A stretch of DNA of 63,876 bases, filler included, from Octopus bimaculoides (Eukaryota), in the NCBI RefSeq assembly GCF_001194135.2. It is 6 parts of 5 records of this genome, joined end to end, with 100 filler letters (N's around TTAATTAATTAA, not from the genome) between each part and the next. Parts side by side here need not be neighbours in the genome. Positions count along the whole stretch, not along the records: positions 21,220 to 41,502 come from NC_068989.1; 5 more parts are not named here. One strand, written 5' to 3'. This document shows positions 25,088 through 37,891 of the stretch, piece after piece. Under the pieces are notes generated by a model that saw nothing but the letters and a program-made list of their open reading frames with translations, ran no database searches and had not been told where the DNA came from. Position numbers and translations under genes: made by a program. The stretch's first letter is position 1. Every line of letters starts with the position of its first letter.

Positions 25088-26051
25088 NNNNNNNNNNNNN
25101 NNNNNNNNNNNNNNNNNNNNNNNNNNNNNNNNNNNNNNNNNNNNNNNNNNNNNNNNNNNNNNNNNNNNNNNNNNNNNNNNNNNNNNNNNNNNNNNNNNNN
25201 NNNNNNNNNNNNNNNNNNNNNNNNNNNNNNNNNNNNNNNNNNNNNNNNNNNNNNNNNNNNNNNNNNNNNNNNNNNNNNNNNNNNNNNNNNNNNNNNNNNN
25301 NNNNNNNNNNNNNNNNNNNNNNNNNNNNNNNNNNNNNNNNNNNNNNNNNNNNNNNNNNNNNNNNNNNNNNNNNNNNNNNNNNNNNNNNNNNNNNNNNNNN
25401 NNNNNNNNNNNNNNNNNNNNNNNNNNNNNNNNNNNNNNNNNNNNNNNNNNNNNNNNNNNNNNNNNNNNNNNNNNNNNNNNNNNNNNNNNNNNNNNNNNNN
25501 NNNNNNNNNNNNNNNNNNNNNNNNNNNNNNNNNNNNNNNNNNNNNNNNNNNNNNNNNNNNNNNNNNNNNNNNNNNNNNNNNNNNNNNNNNNNNNNNNNNN
25601 NNNNNNNNNNNNNNNNNNNNNNNNNNNNNNNNNNNNNNNNNNNNNNNNNNNNNNNNNNNNNNNNNNNNNNNNNNNNNNNNNNNNNNNNNNNNNNNNNNNN
25701 NNNNNNNNNNNNNNNNNNNNNNNNNNNNNNNNNNNNNNNNNNNNNNNNNNNNNNNNNNNNNNNNNNNNNNNNNNNNNNNNNNNNNNNNNNNNNNNNNNNN
25801 NNNNNNNNNNNNNNNNNNNNNNNNNNNNNNNNNNNNNNNNNNNNNNNNNNNNNNNNNNNNNNNNNNNNNNNNNNNNNNNNNNNNNNNNNNNNNNNNNNNN
25901 NNNNNNNNNNNNNNNNNNNNNNNNNNNNNNNNNNNNNNNNNNNNNNNNNNNNNNNNNNNNNNNNNNNNNNNNNNNNNNNNNNNNNNNNNNNNNNNNNNNN
26001 NNNNNNNNNNNNNNNNNNNNNNNNNNNNNNNNNNNNNNNNNNNNNNNNNNN

Positions 26052-26089
<38 letters not shown>

Positions 26090-26695
26090 AGTGTGGATGT
26101 ATGTGTTTATGAGTATATAAATGTATATGCTTATGAGTATATATGCATATATTTACATCTACATGTACATTTATGTGGACTACATGTTCATATATGTGTA
26201 TGTAAGTATGCGTGGATTTATGGGGTGTGTGTCTTTATGTATGAGTATGTAAGATTCATACCATGCGGTGTAGTGTTTGTATAAGTAGACATGGACAATG
26301 TAGTATATATAAGCATTAAACGTTAATACTGTGTATATGTATGGGCATATTTGACTACTTTCATGCCCTTCTTAACTCTCTCTTTACTGGTTATTAATCT
26401 GGATGGTGTATGAGAGTGAGGAATTGTACTTCATTGAATTTAATACAGGATATACCTAGGTATATATATATATATATAGAGAGACATATAGGACAACTTC
26501 ATGCCCTTCTTACCCCACTCTTTCTGGCCCTTAATCTGGCTACTGTATGGGAAAGTGGAAATTATATTTCATTGGATCAAATACACAATGTACACTACAC
26601 GACCGAGTAAACGTTTGCACAGATCTTTTTTTCAAACATGGATAAAAGCCTTATAACAACTACTTTCCCATTGTCCCTCCCAAGTACACAATTTT

Positions 26696-27140
26696 AGGGC
26701 TGCAAACATCAATGTTGGCACAATGAAGGGGATATCTGGTGAGATTATCAAAATTATGGAGTGTCCCCATATCGATGTGTGTGGTGTGCAAGAAGACAGA
26801 TGGAAAAGAACCTCTGCTAGATTCTGCACAGGTAAGAAACAGAGGTTCAAGTGTTTCTGGATAGGCAGGAGTCATGGAATGGGTGGTGTGGGCATACTCT
26901 AAGCAGAGAAGTGGGCAGATAAAGTAATTGAGGTAGTCAGAGTATGCAATAGGGTTATCAAACTGAGACTTATCATAGATAGATTAACAATTACATTTAT
27001 TTCTGCCAATGCTCCACAGGCTGATGATTAGAAAGATCAATTCTATGAGGTCCTTTTGCAGACTACTTCATTGACAAATGACAGAGACTTCATTATTGTA
27101 ACCAGCAACTTTAATGGACATGTTGGGCAGCTTGCAATTT
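26696..27140 (+). mobile_element. RTE-clade LINE apurinic-like endonuclease, decayed
   Basis: Translation NINVGTMKG...IDVCGVQEDRW...GMGGVGIL*...ISANAPQ...KDQFYE...FNGHVG, with in-frame stops. Confidence 0.88.
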
Positions 27141-28472
27141 GTTGAGGCAGAATTTCTATGGCACAATACTCTTTCTGTTGTCAATCCTCACCTGGTTCCC
27201 CAAAATGGACTTGAGTATCCTGAGTTTTTCATGGACAATAACAACATTGCGAGACAATGATGCTTGTTTATCACAAAATTCATACAATGTCAAGACAAAG
27301 TTACACACATACAAACACAACAAGCTTCTTTCAGTTTCCATCAAACAAATCTACTCACAAGAGCTTGGTTGGCCAGGGCTATAGAAGAGACTAGCCTATG
27401 GTACTGTTCAGTGGGACTGAACCAAGACTACATGATTGTGAAGCAATTAAAAAGAAAAGTCTGTAATAATCCTTTCTACTATAGGCACAAGGCTTCAGAT
27501 TCTTAGGGAGGTGGTTAGTCAATTACATTGACCCCAGTGCTCAGCTCTCACCTATTTCTTTAACCTCAACAGGATCAAAAGCAAAGCTAACCTTGGCAGA
27601 ATTTGAACTCAGAATCTAAAGGCAGACGAAATACCACAAGGCATTTGTCCAGGTGTGCTAACAATGTTGCTAGCTCACTCCCTGAGGAGAAATCTGTATT
27701 AAACGCATTTGATAAGTGGCTCTCAAACGTTTACCCATTTCTTTTGTTTACTCTGGATATCCAGGCCTATTTTTGCATTTTTCTAGATTGTTTTTGTTTC
27801 ACTAAAACTCCAATGATTAACAAAATAGTTTTCATTTTTGAAGCAAACACTTATGTTCATAACCTAATTGCTAAGTAACCATTCAATGAGATTTAATAAT
27901 TGACTTTTAATCATTTGCAAATTCATTTCATTTACATGATATCGAAGTCCATTTTTGTATTTTTCCAGACTGTTTTGACTTCATTATCAGTTTCACAGAT
28001 ATATATATATATATACATATACCCCAAATCAAAAATTTCCCCCCAAATAATAAAACAAAAATATTTGAATTTTAGCTTTTGTAGCTAAAAAATTAAGGAT
28101 TGGCATACGTCAGTTCCGTTTCACACTGACTCTTTACCTGCTTTTTATATCACAAATGCTGGTGTTGTGTAAAAATAGCCATCCATACAATATGGAGTGG
28201 AATGTCATTTGAAGATCTGGTTCCCAGAAAGTTTATATGATTTATCAAAGTGTTTTATTTGTTAAAGACAACATATCCATTAACTTGTCCTTTGTGCGTG
28301 TGCATGCAGCCNNNNNNNNNNNNNNNNNNNNNNNNNNNNNNNNNNNNNNNNNNNNNNNNNNNNNNNNNNNNNNNNNNNNNNNNNNNNNNNNNAGACATGA
28401 AACTTGTCACTGGAAATTAGTGTATGCAAACAAACACAAGCTTGGCATACTTTATACCTATACATGTGTATG

Positions 28473-28518
<46 letters not shown>

Positions 28519-28668
28519 CATACATACATACATACATATGTACATACATATATATACATACATATACATACATACATATACATACATTTATGTATATGTA
28601 TGTGTGTATATATATATGCATATATATGTACATATGTGTGTACACATATGTATATGTATACATACATG

Positions 28669-28718
<50 letters not shown>

Positions 28719-29678
28719 CACTCACACACTATATATATGTATGCAAGTATGTATATATTATATATATACAATTACAGGAGATATGTATGTTAAATACAGA
28801 AAATACACTAGGGTTTATTCATGTGCACATGAGTACATAAATACATGTAGTTATACCTGTGCACACATCTCTGGATGCTCATGCAGTTTTTCACCTCATT
28901 GAACAACATTGCTTTCCACCTAAAAAGTTTCCTTTTTATAACCTTCTGTTGCTTTAGAAAAAGAAATTCTAAAAATAAAAATTTCATGTTGAGAAAATTC
29001 ACACTTTAAAAAAAACAAAAAAAACAAAGGTTAACAAATGTTGAAAAGATCAATGTACTGACTTGCTCTTAAAAAATATTTATAAGAAAGCTCAAAATAA
29101 ACACGTTAATGATATAACTTTTAAACATTTATAAATTGAGATCAAAGTTAGTAAATAATTTAAGTATTTTAAATGATATTTTTGGGTCTATGAATGGATC
29201 AAGATATGATTTTATAGTGGACTGTCATGCCAAGTGTTGAGGATTCAGAAATTTGATGAAGAATCCCATTTTTTTTTTTTAATGTTTGGGACTAAGTTGC
29301 CAATGTATGATTTCACATGATGAAAAACAGTTTTTTTCTAGTGGAGGTAGGAGGGACTTGTTAGATAAATACCTTGATCTTTAACACTTGTTACCTTAAA
29401 ATTATTTTAGAAATTTATCTTCTTCTACATGTAGGTGAACATAAAGCTCAAGCAGAATTGATTAGGTGAACAGTTGAAACTGTTAGGTGAACAATGAAAG
29501 CATGCTAGCGCCATTTTTGTATATGATAAATCAAGTTTTGAAGGTTTCTTAAACAAAAATGAAATCAAATATAATTTGTAATTTAAACAACAACAAATAC
29601 AAGAAAAAATATAATAGCTACCATTATAATCATCAACATAACATGGAATTGGTAATACATAGTGTTAATCACCAAATG

Positions 29679-31604
29679 TTATTTAGTTTGTTTAACACAG
29701 TAGCAATATTGACGAAGATTTGGATAACGGCTGGCGATACAGTTGGGTGCAGAGCCGTATTTATTTATTCGACTTATTTCACCCGTCTTCACTATATATG
29801 TATCCAAGGCTACATTATGTTTTAAGGTGACTTCAAACAAGCCATTACCAGGTGTTACATGAAATGTTACTTGTATAAGGTATTCCTTTTCAATCATTTT
29901 GTCAGAAAGGTCAGCAAATCGTCCATCATGATCACTACTTCCTTTGAATTTGAGCAATTGTTCAGTGGCATGAAATCTGAAAGCCTGCTTAATGTCAAAA
30001 AGTTTTAATTCTCTGCATTCTGAGCGAAAATTACTTGTTAATGAATTTATAAACCGTACAGCTTCCATTGCAGATTTTTTAATTCTCTCATCATCAAAGG
30101 AAACAGGTTTCCAGTGAAGACAGGCACACCAATGTGGTTCAATGTCAGCATCCAGACAAGAGCGTTTCTTTGGAACTTCTTTAAAAAGACTTATTCCTCG
30201 AGATGCTGTAGAACCAATTTTAAAATCAGTGAAGTCAAAGAGATGCATCAATGTTTCATGAATATCAAATGGTGTAGTAAGTCGATGTGTGTTTGTTTTA
30301 AAATTTTTGTAGGCCTCAGGATATTTGGTTGGAAACCATTGTGGAAAAAGAAAACTAAAATAGGGCATGCGTTCTTCAAGTTTTCCCTGAACTGTTTCCC
30401 TAACATTCTGAAATCTAGCTCCATGATCAGCCATCAGGATTAAAATAGTATTATCTAGATGACCTGATGTTTTCATGAAAGTCAAGAAAGAAAATAAATC
30501 ATTGTCAATGTGTTGAATCAGATTGTTATCTCCATGGCTACACTCTGAGTAAAACAAAAAGGAAAATATTGGTTTGGTGTTATACATCTCAACTAAATGT
30601 TTGATCCAGTTAAAAAAAATACTAAAACGCCTTTCAGAACCTAAACAGTAAGCTTTGTGTTTGGAATAGTGTCTTTCAGCCTCCATTTGAAATGTTCGCA
30701 TATAATGATCAACAGGCTGATTTTTAAATCCCAACATACGGTATGTAAAAGTTCCTATGCTGGGGCTGTCTTCTCCATACTGTGTGACATAACCAGCATC
30801 TCTGAAATTTTTCCAAATCCATGGGTGGCCATCAACAACACTAGCATTTTTATGATTCCTACGAGCTTCAGGTAACTCCCATTCAGTTTTCCCCGTCAAA
30901 ATAGGAAGAAGTGCTTGAGGGGTGCCATCACCAACAATGTTATATCCATTCAGAACCAGTCCACCAAGTTCAGTAAAATACTTATGTGACTTTGGTAACA
31001 TGCGTAACCAGGTCATGTGAGAGACAGAATCAATTCCAAACATTATAACGTTTAATTTAAGCATATTTCTGGGAGCTTGAGTTTTTTCTGATCTCTTCAA
31101 GTTCTGTTCATGTTTAGCTATTGCGCAGTGAACATTGTCATAATAATGACCATTTTGACTTTTACATGATATGCGAAAGAAATCTGAAGATATTAAAGTG
31201 CCATTCTGTATATTTTTAATTACAGGTCCATCACTAATTGCAAAATCATCAGCACCACGTATTATTGGAATATAATCACACACAAAGTTACCATATTTCA
31301 AATTCATTTTTGGTGACTTTAGTAAGACACCTTTTTTAACAAATATCCAGTTTTCATCTTCATTGCATTTTATTTCAGGAAGTTTCTTAAAAAACTTTGT
31401 AATTTGAGGATTATTTGGATCAAGCTGGGGATGAATACAGCTCTGATTCTCAGTTGAAATCTGTCTTTTGTTGGTGCTAAAGATTTCCTGGGTGATTAGT
31501 TTTGAAACCAATAGGATAATGGTGATAAAAAGGCACACAAATAAGATCTTGTCATGTTTTCGCCTTTGGCGAAAAATAAAACAAAAATATTTGCCAGAAA
31601 ACAT
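29679..31604 (-). CDS. DUF229-family protein (alkaline phosphatase/sulfatase-like fold), predicted type II membrane protein, 641 aa, single coding exon
   Basis: Long uninterrupted ORF with family motifs CIHPQLDP, NVIMFGIDSVS, GYNIVGDGT, YVTQYGED, SHGD, ILMADHGARF, GKLEERMP, TTPFDIHETL and RSCLDADIEPHWCAC. A basic patch RQRRKHDK precedes a hydrophobic anchor. The ORF track starts at a TTG (31625); the first in-frame ATG is at 31604. Confidence 0.92.
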   Translation of the reverse strand: MFSGKYFCFIFRQRRKHDKILFVCLFITIILLVSKLITQEIFSTNKRQISTENQSCIHPQLDPNNPQITKFFKKLPEIKCNEDENWIFVKKGVLLKSPKMNLKYGNFVCDYIPIIRGADDFAISDGPVIKNIQNGTLISSDFFRISCKSQNGHYYDNVHCAIAKHEQNLKRSEKTQAPRNMLKLNVIMFGIDSVSHMTWLRMLPKSHKYFTELGGLVLNGYNIVGDGTPQALLPILTGKTEWELPEARRNHKNASVVDGHPWIWKNFRDAGYVTQYGEDSPSIGTFTYRMLGFKNQPVDHYMRTFQMEAERHYSKHKAYCLGSERRFSIFFNWIKHLVEMYNTKPIFSFLFYSECSHGDNNLIQHIDNDLFSFLTFMKTSGHLDNTILILMADHGARFQNVRETVQGKLEERMPYFSFLFPQWFPTKYPEAYKNFKTNTHRLTTPFDIHETLMHLFDFTDFKIGSTASRGISLFKEVPKKRSCLDADIEPHWCACLHWKPVSFDDERIKKSAMEAVRFINSLTSNFRSECRELKLFDIKQAFRFHATEQLLKFKGSSDHDGRFADLSDKMIEKEYLIQVTFHVTPGNGLFEVTLKHNVALDTYIVKTGEISRINKYGSAPNCIASRYPNLRQYCYCVKQTK

Positions 31605-31734
31605 GATGATTTCAATACATGGCAAAATTCTCTTTTATCCCAGCAAACATCAGAAGGGTGAAATATTGGTAACTGGTCCACCTATCCAATTCTTGACTTC
31701 ATTTAGATAACTTGATTTGATCATATGTTGGATA

Positions 31735-31939
31735 CTGAAAATATACACAAAAAAAAGGGGCAAAAAAAAGCCAAAATATTAAAAACAGAATTGAACAGAC
31801 ATGAAATAATTATCTATTTAAAATGCTAAATTTAAAAGAAATACTGGTCAACATGAGAGCCATCAATTTCTAACAATTGTTGCCTATTAAATATGTAGAT
31901 ACACATCTAAGCAGAGTAAATAGAGAGTGACCTACTCAC
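31735..31939 (-). other. Probable 5'UTR intron of the DUF229 gene (205 bp)
   Basis: On the minus strand, donor CCTTG|GTGAGT at 31939 and acceptor ttttttgtgtatattttcag| ending at 31735. Confidence 0.55.
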
Positions 31940-32047
31940 CAAGGCGTTGTATATTTGTGTCTGCATCCTGTCTGATCCCACACTAATATAATTAATCCAT
32001 ATTATGTAACACACACACACACCCCTATGCGTACACACAGATTTCAA

Positions 32048-32240
32048 CCTAGAATAACCATACAAACCAACCAATCTGCAGTAAACTACTTTTATGTAAC
32101 ATTCAATTTGAACACAGGGGAAATAATACCTTTACAGATAGCCAAACCAGGCGCTTTTAAATATAAAAATAAACTCAAACTCCCATTGATAATCAGAAAT
32201 CTAGTCAGCAACATAAGCTGGAGAATATCAACAACTTTGA
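32048..32240 (+). mobile_element. Penelope-like RT C-terminal fragment, decayed
   Basis: RITIQTNQSAVNYFYVTFNLNTGE...KP...IIRNLVSNISWRIS resembles the PLE RT/thumb pattern KITI..N...VNFLDVTLNL.TG...KP...II.....I..RIS. Confidence 0.7.
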
Positions 32241-32539
32241 AAAAAAAAATCACTATGCTGTGCCATTCCATAATGTGTCCTACTTGTTAAAATTCCATTT
32301 AGTTATTTATTTGTGCAGCTGAAGATGGCACTGCATTTAAATTGATGTAATGATTGCATTGTTCAATTGAATGGAGCCACTTGAAACAGTCGTATTGCAT
32401 CACTTCTTGATATCCTGTTGCTTATTTTGATTTTATTCACCTTACTTCAAGCTGTGCGGATAATACTGGACTGACTTGGTGCTTCAGTTTAAGTACCTAA
32501 TTCAACTGAATTTATATATCTATATATTTATGTGTGTGT

Positions 32540-32765
32540 GTGTCTTTGTGCCTATGTTTGTCCCCACCACCATCGCTTGACAACTAATGTTGGTGTGTTT
32601 ATGTCCCTGTAACTTAGAATTTCAGCAAAAGAGATTGATAAAATAAGGACTATGCTTACAAAGAATAAGTCCTGTGGTCGATTTCTTTGACTAAAAAACC
32701 CTTTCAGGCAGTGCTCCAGCATGGACGCAGTCAAATGACTGAAACAAGTGAAAGAATAAAAGAAT
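32540..32765 (+). mobile_element. SINE family A, 3' half
   Basis: tttgtccccaccaccatcgcttgacaac...gcagtcaaatgactgaaacaagt. Confidence 0.8.
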
Positions 32766-33019
32766 GCCAAACTCCATTATTCTATAAAGAACTCTTCAAA
32801 AAGACTAAAATAAAATTACAAATACATTAGCCCAAACCATTCAACCACATACACATGCATAAACAAGCATAGGAAACCAAATTTTCAATACATAAAGTTA
32901 AAAAAAAAAAATCCCTAACCTCAACAGACACATTCAGATATACAAGCTCACTCAAAGACTTATAATTAAAAAAAAAAACATATACATCAATAAAAGAAAC
33001 AAAAACCTTTAATTTGTTT

Positions 33020-33330
33020 AACACCTCTCAACTGGCACGAAGCTGCCTTGGGAGAGACATGTTGTAAGCAAGTGCATAGATAGGATCCCAATTGACTCTT
33101 GTACGGCTGGCTTGATGAGGATAAAAGAAATGTTGGAAGGCCCTGGCTCCACTTTAAAGACAAACTAAAGGAAAACCTCAAATTTGCAGATGTTTCTTTT
33201 GCTTCCTTTGAAGAGCTTGGCTAAGAGCTATGCAAATGGGATCAACCCCTTTTGAAGCAATTGAAAACTTCGAAAGTCAACAATTGATTAATCTTGAAGA
33301 AAAGAGAAGTAAGGTAAAAGTAAAAGAAAT
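33020..33330 (+). mobile_element. RTE-clade LINE C-terminal fragment, decayed
   Basis: Frameshifted HVV...DRIP..LLYGWLDEDKRNVGRPWLHFKDKLKENLK...FEEL. Confidence 0.75.
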
Positions 33331-33968
33331 GCAATTCCGGCAGATCATTGTAATGGTTCTGTGTCCTGTCCTCAATGTGGACAATCTTGCAAATCTTTAG
33401 CTGGATTAAAGTTACCTCAGAGACACAAACACAAGTAATAACAATTATACTAAGCTCCCCGGCCCTGGTACATCAAAATCAACAAGAGAGATAGCCAAAC
33501 CAGTCTATGTAGCCTAAGAATGGCTATCAGGAACTCTTTGCATTCATGTAACACTAAACTCATCAGATTTAAATCTCATGGACTGCTAAGTCTGGAGCAT
33601 TGTTGAAAGGGCGACTAATTAAAACTCTCATAATACTATACCTTCACTGAAGGCTGCCATTGTTCATGTCATGTTCAAAATTAATAAGAGCCATTTAGTG
33701 CAGACATGTCAATAAATCTGGTCTTCCGTTGAAGCAGTCTTCAAAGCTGGAGGTAATTTCAGACAATAATCTTAGAAAGCTTACTGAGAACATATTACAC
33801 TTTTACTCTTTTACTTGTTTCAGTCATTTGACTGCGGCCATGCTAGAGCACCGCCTTTAGGATATGCATAAATTTTTTATTAAAATACATTTGGTTCTTG
33901 TTAAATTAGAGTTTGTTTATTAGATTACCACATATAACCTCAAATCTTCAAATACCTCTTTCACCCTG

Positions 33969-34010
<42 letters not shown>

Positions 34011-34019
34011 CATATATGT

Positions 34020-35100
34020 AAACAAACGAGGGCAAAATGAGTGAAATACGTAAACAACATGAAAAAATGGAAAACAGGACAAGTTAACACAAAAACTTGT
34101 ACTGTTTTCCATTTTTTTCTCGTTGTTTACATATTTCACTCATTTTTCTTTGTTTGTCTAAGTATTTCACTCGTTTTTGTCCTGTTACTTTCCACCTACC
34201 CTGTTACTGTCTTCTATCTATAGTCCACATCTTCTATCTATCTCCCATGCATATGTTATTTGCACTGTTGGTGACGTCCTGTACCCATTTATGCATGTAT
34301 ATATGTATATATATATAATTATTATTTATTTATTTAATTGAACATGACGCAGCTATTCCCAAGTAAGTTTATCTTCACGCATTTTTTGTGCGACTCTCTA
34401 CCATGTACTGCTTTCTTCCTCTCGTCTTTGCTTCCTTCTTCCTCTCTGCTTCTCTAATTTCTTTTCTCCCCCTCCTTCACTATTTTCTATCTGTCTGTCT
34501 CTCTCTCTCTCTCCTCTTTCCCTTTCTCTCTCTCTCGTTGCTCACATGTGACCATCGTCCATCCTTCTTTTTCTCACGTGATCATCTTTCTTTTCCTGGT
34601 TGGACGTCTAAATGACTGGACGTTTTTTTTCTCTCTCTCTTCTATCTTTTCTCTATTCAAAAAAAAATCTCTCTCAGCATTTACTATTCTTCTTTCATTC
34701 CGGTCTAATGACCCTCCATGTCTGTTTTCATTCGGTTTCCTTGTATTATGTCTCCTCTGTTATTTTTTTGTTCCCAACTTTGACCCTCTATAAACCCAAA
34801 ATTTTATTTTAGAATTTATGGGAGCTACTGTCTTTGAAGACTCATATTGTCACTTGAATGCTTGAAATGAGGAGTAGATAGACAGCTGACAACTGATGAA
34901 GGATCCTTTTTCTGTGTTAATTTGTCCTGTTTTCCATTGTTTTCTTGTTATTTAAGTATTACACTCATTTTTCCCTTGTTTGGTTATGTATTTACTTATT
35001 TTTATCCTGTAATTACTGTCCTCATCTTGTATCTATCTCTCATGTGTATGTTATTTGCACCGTTGGTGATGTCTTGTACCCATATATGCTTGTATATGTG
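34020..35100. repeat. Hairpin plus ~200-bp direct repeat (Penelope pseudo-LTR-like architecture)
   Basis: Arms 34020-34085 and 34096-34156 are inverted around a 10-nt loop. Segment 34096-34310 is repeated at about 34919-35100. Confidence 0.7.
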
Positions 35101-35157
35101 TATATATATATATACATACACACATGCATACATACATACATACATATATATATACAT

Positions 35158-35245
<88 letters not shown>

Positions 35246-35279
35246 GCATGTGTGTATGTATATATATGTATATATCTGT

Positions 35280-35313
<34 letters not shown>

Positions 35314-36111
35314 GCTTTCAGTTCATCCTAAATACATAATCCTCTCTCTCTCCCTCTCTTTCTGTCTCTCTCTCCCTCTCTTTCTGTCTCTCTCTCCCTC
35401 TCTTTCTGTCTCTCTCTCCCCCTTCTCCTGTTCTTTCTTTCTCTCTCTCTCTCTCTCTCCATGTTTTGCTCTTATCTGCTTTCCCTATGTATGTATGTAA
35501 GTACAATGCAGGAGTGGCTGTGTGGTAAGTAGTTTGCTTACCAACCACATGGTTCCAGGTTCATTCCCATACACACACATACATACATACATGCATACAC
35601 ACACACATACATACATGCATACACACACATATACACACATGCATACATACACACACATACATACATACATCCATACATACATCATTATCATCATCATCAC
35701 TGTTCAACGTCTGTTTTCCATGCTGGCATGGGTTGGACGGTTTACAAGTTAAACACTACCCTTCAACCTATTCAGTATGTCCATAACACATTGCTCTACA
35801 TCCTTAATCCACCCTTTTGGCCAAATTTATTAACCATTTAGACCTACAAGCCTGCCCCTACTATTCATATTATTCAGTATGTCCATAACATATTCCTCTA
35901 TGCTCTTATTATTGATAAAATAAATCTAGGTATGTACCCAATTGTTACTTTATTTTATTTATTTTACATCAACACTATTATTTACTTACTTTTTGTGTGT
36001 ATATATCTTAGGTTGGTGCATAAGGAACAAAAATAGATAAAGTTATTTCAGTGAGGCAGAAACTATGACTACTTCATTGTCTTACACCTGACACACACAC
36101 ACACACGCACA

Positions 36112-36250
36112 CAGAAGTATGCCCCCCCACACACACACACAGAAGTATGCCCACACACACAGAAGTATGCCCACACACACACACACAGAAGTATGCCCAC
36201 ACACACACACACAGAAGTATGCACACACACACACACACAGAGAAATGTGC
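36112..36250. repeat. Compound minisatellite: constant CAGAAGTATGC core with variable (CA)n spacers
   Basis: Five copies of agaagtatgc plus one degenerate copy (agaaatgtgc). Confidence 0.9.
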
Positions 36251-36918
36251 ACACGGACATATACATGCATGTACATGCATGCAAATATACGTATGCAAAA
36301 ACACCATATGTCCATACATGCTTAAACACTGACATATGTATGTATATGGATGTGTATATATATATGTGTGTGTGTGTGCATTATATATACATACACAAAT
36401 ATATGTATGCATGCATTCATACACGTGAATATCTATTATATAATGCACAACTGCACACGCACACACACATATACATATACACGTATATACATACATATGC
36501 ACATACACACACACACATACAGATATACATACATAAACACATCCACATAAACACAGACACAGGCACACACACATGTACACATCACATCAAAGACACAGAT
36601 CTATATACATACACATACTCACACATGTATGTATATATATATATATNNNNNNNNNNNNNNNNNNNNNNNNNNNNNNNNNNNNNNNNNNNNNNNNNNNNNN
36701 NNNNNNNNNNNNNNNNNNNNNNNNNNNNNNNNNNNNNNNNNNNNNNTAGATCAGTGGAGGCTGGACTGAATTGGCAGCAAGATCAATGAAATATCCAAGA
36801 GAAAACCAAGGGCCAGAAGGGGGTCCCTTTGACCTGTGAGATTAGTTATTCTGGGAAGAAAAAAGCTATATATGAGTGTGTGTGTACATGTGTGTGTATG
36901 TATATATATATATATACA

Positions 36919-37792
36919 CAGGGTGGATGGAAAGTAACTAGACATTAGAAATTGCTTATAGAATTTTTAGTATCTGAAGTCATGATGAAAACATGTTTTA
37001 AACAGACAACACTAATGGGGATTTCTTATTGTCTTATTTCTTATTTTCCAGATGGCTAATTGCTTGACTGTTTTAGAGCAAGCTAAGATAGCAGCACACT
37101 ATGAAGTGTGGAATTCCATTGTTTTGTTTTAGAGATGCATGGAAAGGTAAGCATGCAACACTATGTCCAGAGACAATAAAAAGTTGTCACGCAAAGCTGA
37201 TGACCATGGGCTCTGTGAACGATTCAAGAAGAAGTGGTCGTCCAACCACATCCCGATCAGTGGAGAACGTGACAGCAGTGCAGGAAATGTTTAATTGCAG
37301 CCCACAAAAATCAATACGGCAAACAGCTCATAAAAGTGGACTAACAAGACACACAATACGTATGGTGTTGCATAAAGAATTGAATTTATGTCCGTGGAAA
37401 CCCCATTATGTGCAGGAGCTAAAATCTGAAGATTGTGACCGCAGAAGTCCAGAACTCCAAGAAGTCTATATCTCGCTCTATGTGATTTTAACCAGTGGGG
37501 TTATACAAAAGGGGTATACAAGACAAAACCTCGCACACTGCAGGACTTGGAGACATGGATTCAGGAGGTTCTCAGTAATATCCCAGACGACGTCCTTCAT
37601 GAGGTTGTTCATTCCATCCCTGGCCATTTGAGGAAACCAGTTGATGCCGCTGGTGTTTATGTTGAAATATGAAGATTTACTTTCATTTTCCCAGGTAATG
37701 AAGAACATGTATCAGTTATTTCAATAAATTTGTAAAAGGAATATGGATTTTATTACCAATTTTTAATGCCTACTTACTTTTCAATCACCCTG
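36919..37792 (+). mobile_element. Tc1/mariner-superfamily transposon (maT/rosa-like), internally deleted
   Basis: TIRs CAGGGTGGATGGAAAGTAACTAGACA versus reverse complement CAGGGTGATTGAAAAGTAAGTAGGCA. Remnant HTH GSVNDSRRSGRP...SPQKSIRQ...KPHYVQEL, then PRS...CDF..WGY...EI*. The DD catalytic core is missing. Confidence 0.88.
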
Positions 37793-37819
37793 TGTGTGTA
37801 TACACACACACACACACAC

Positions 37820-37891
<72 letters not shown>

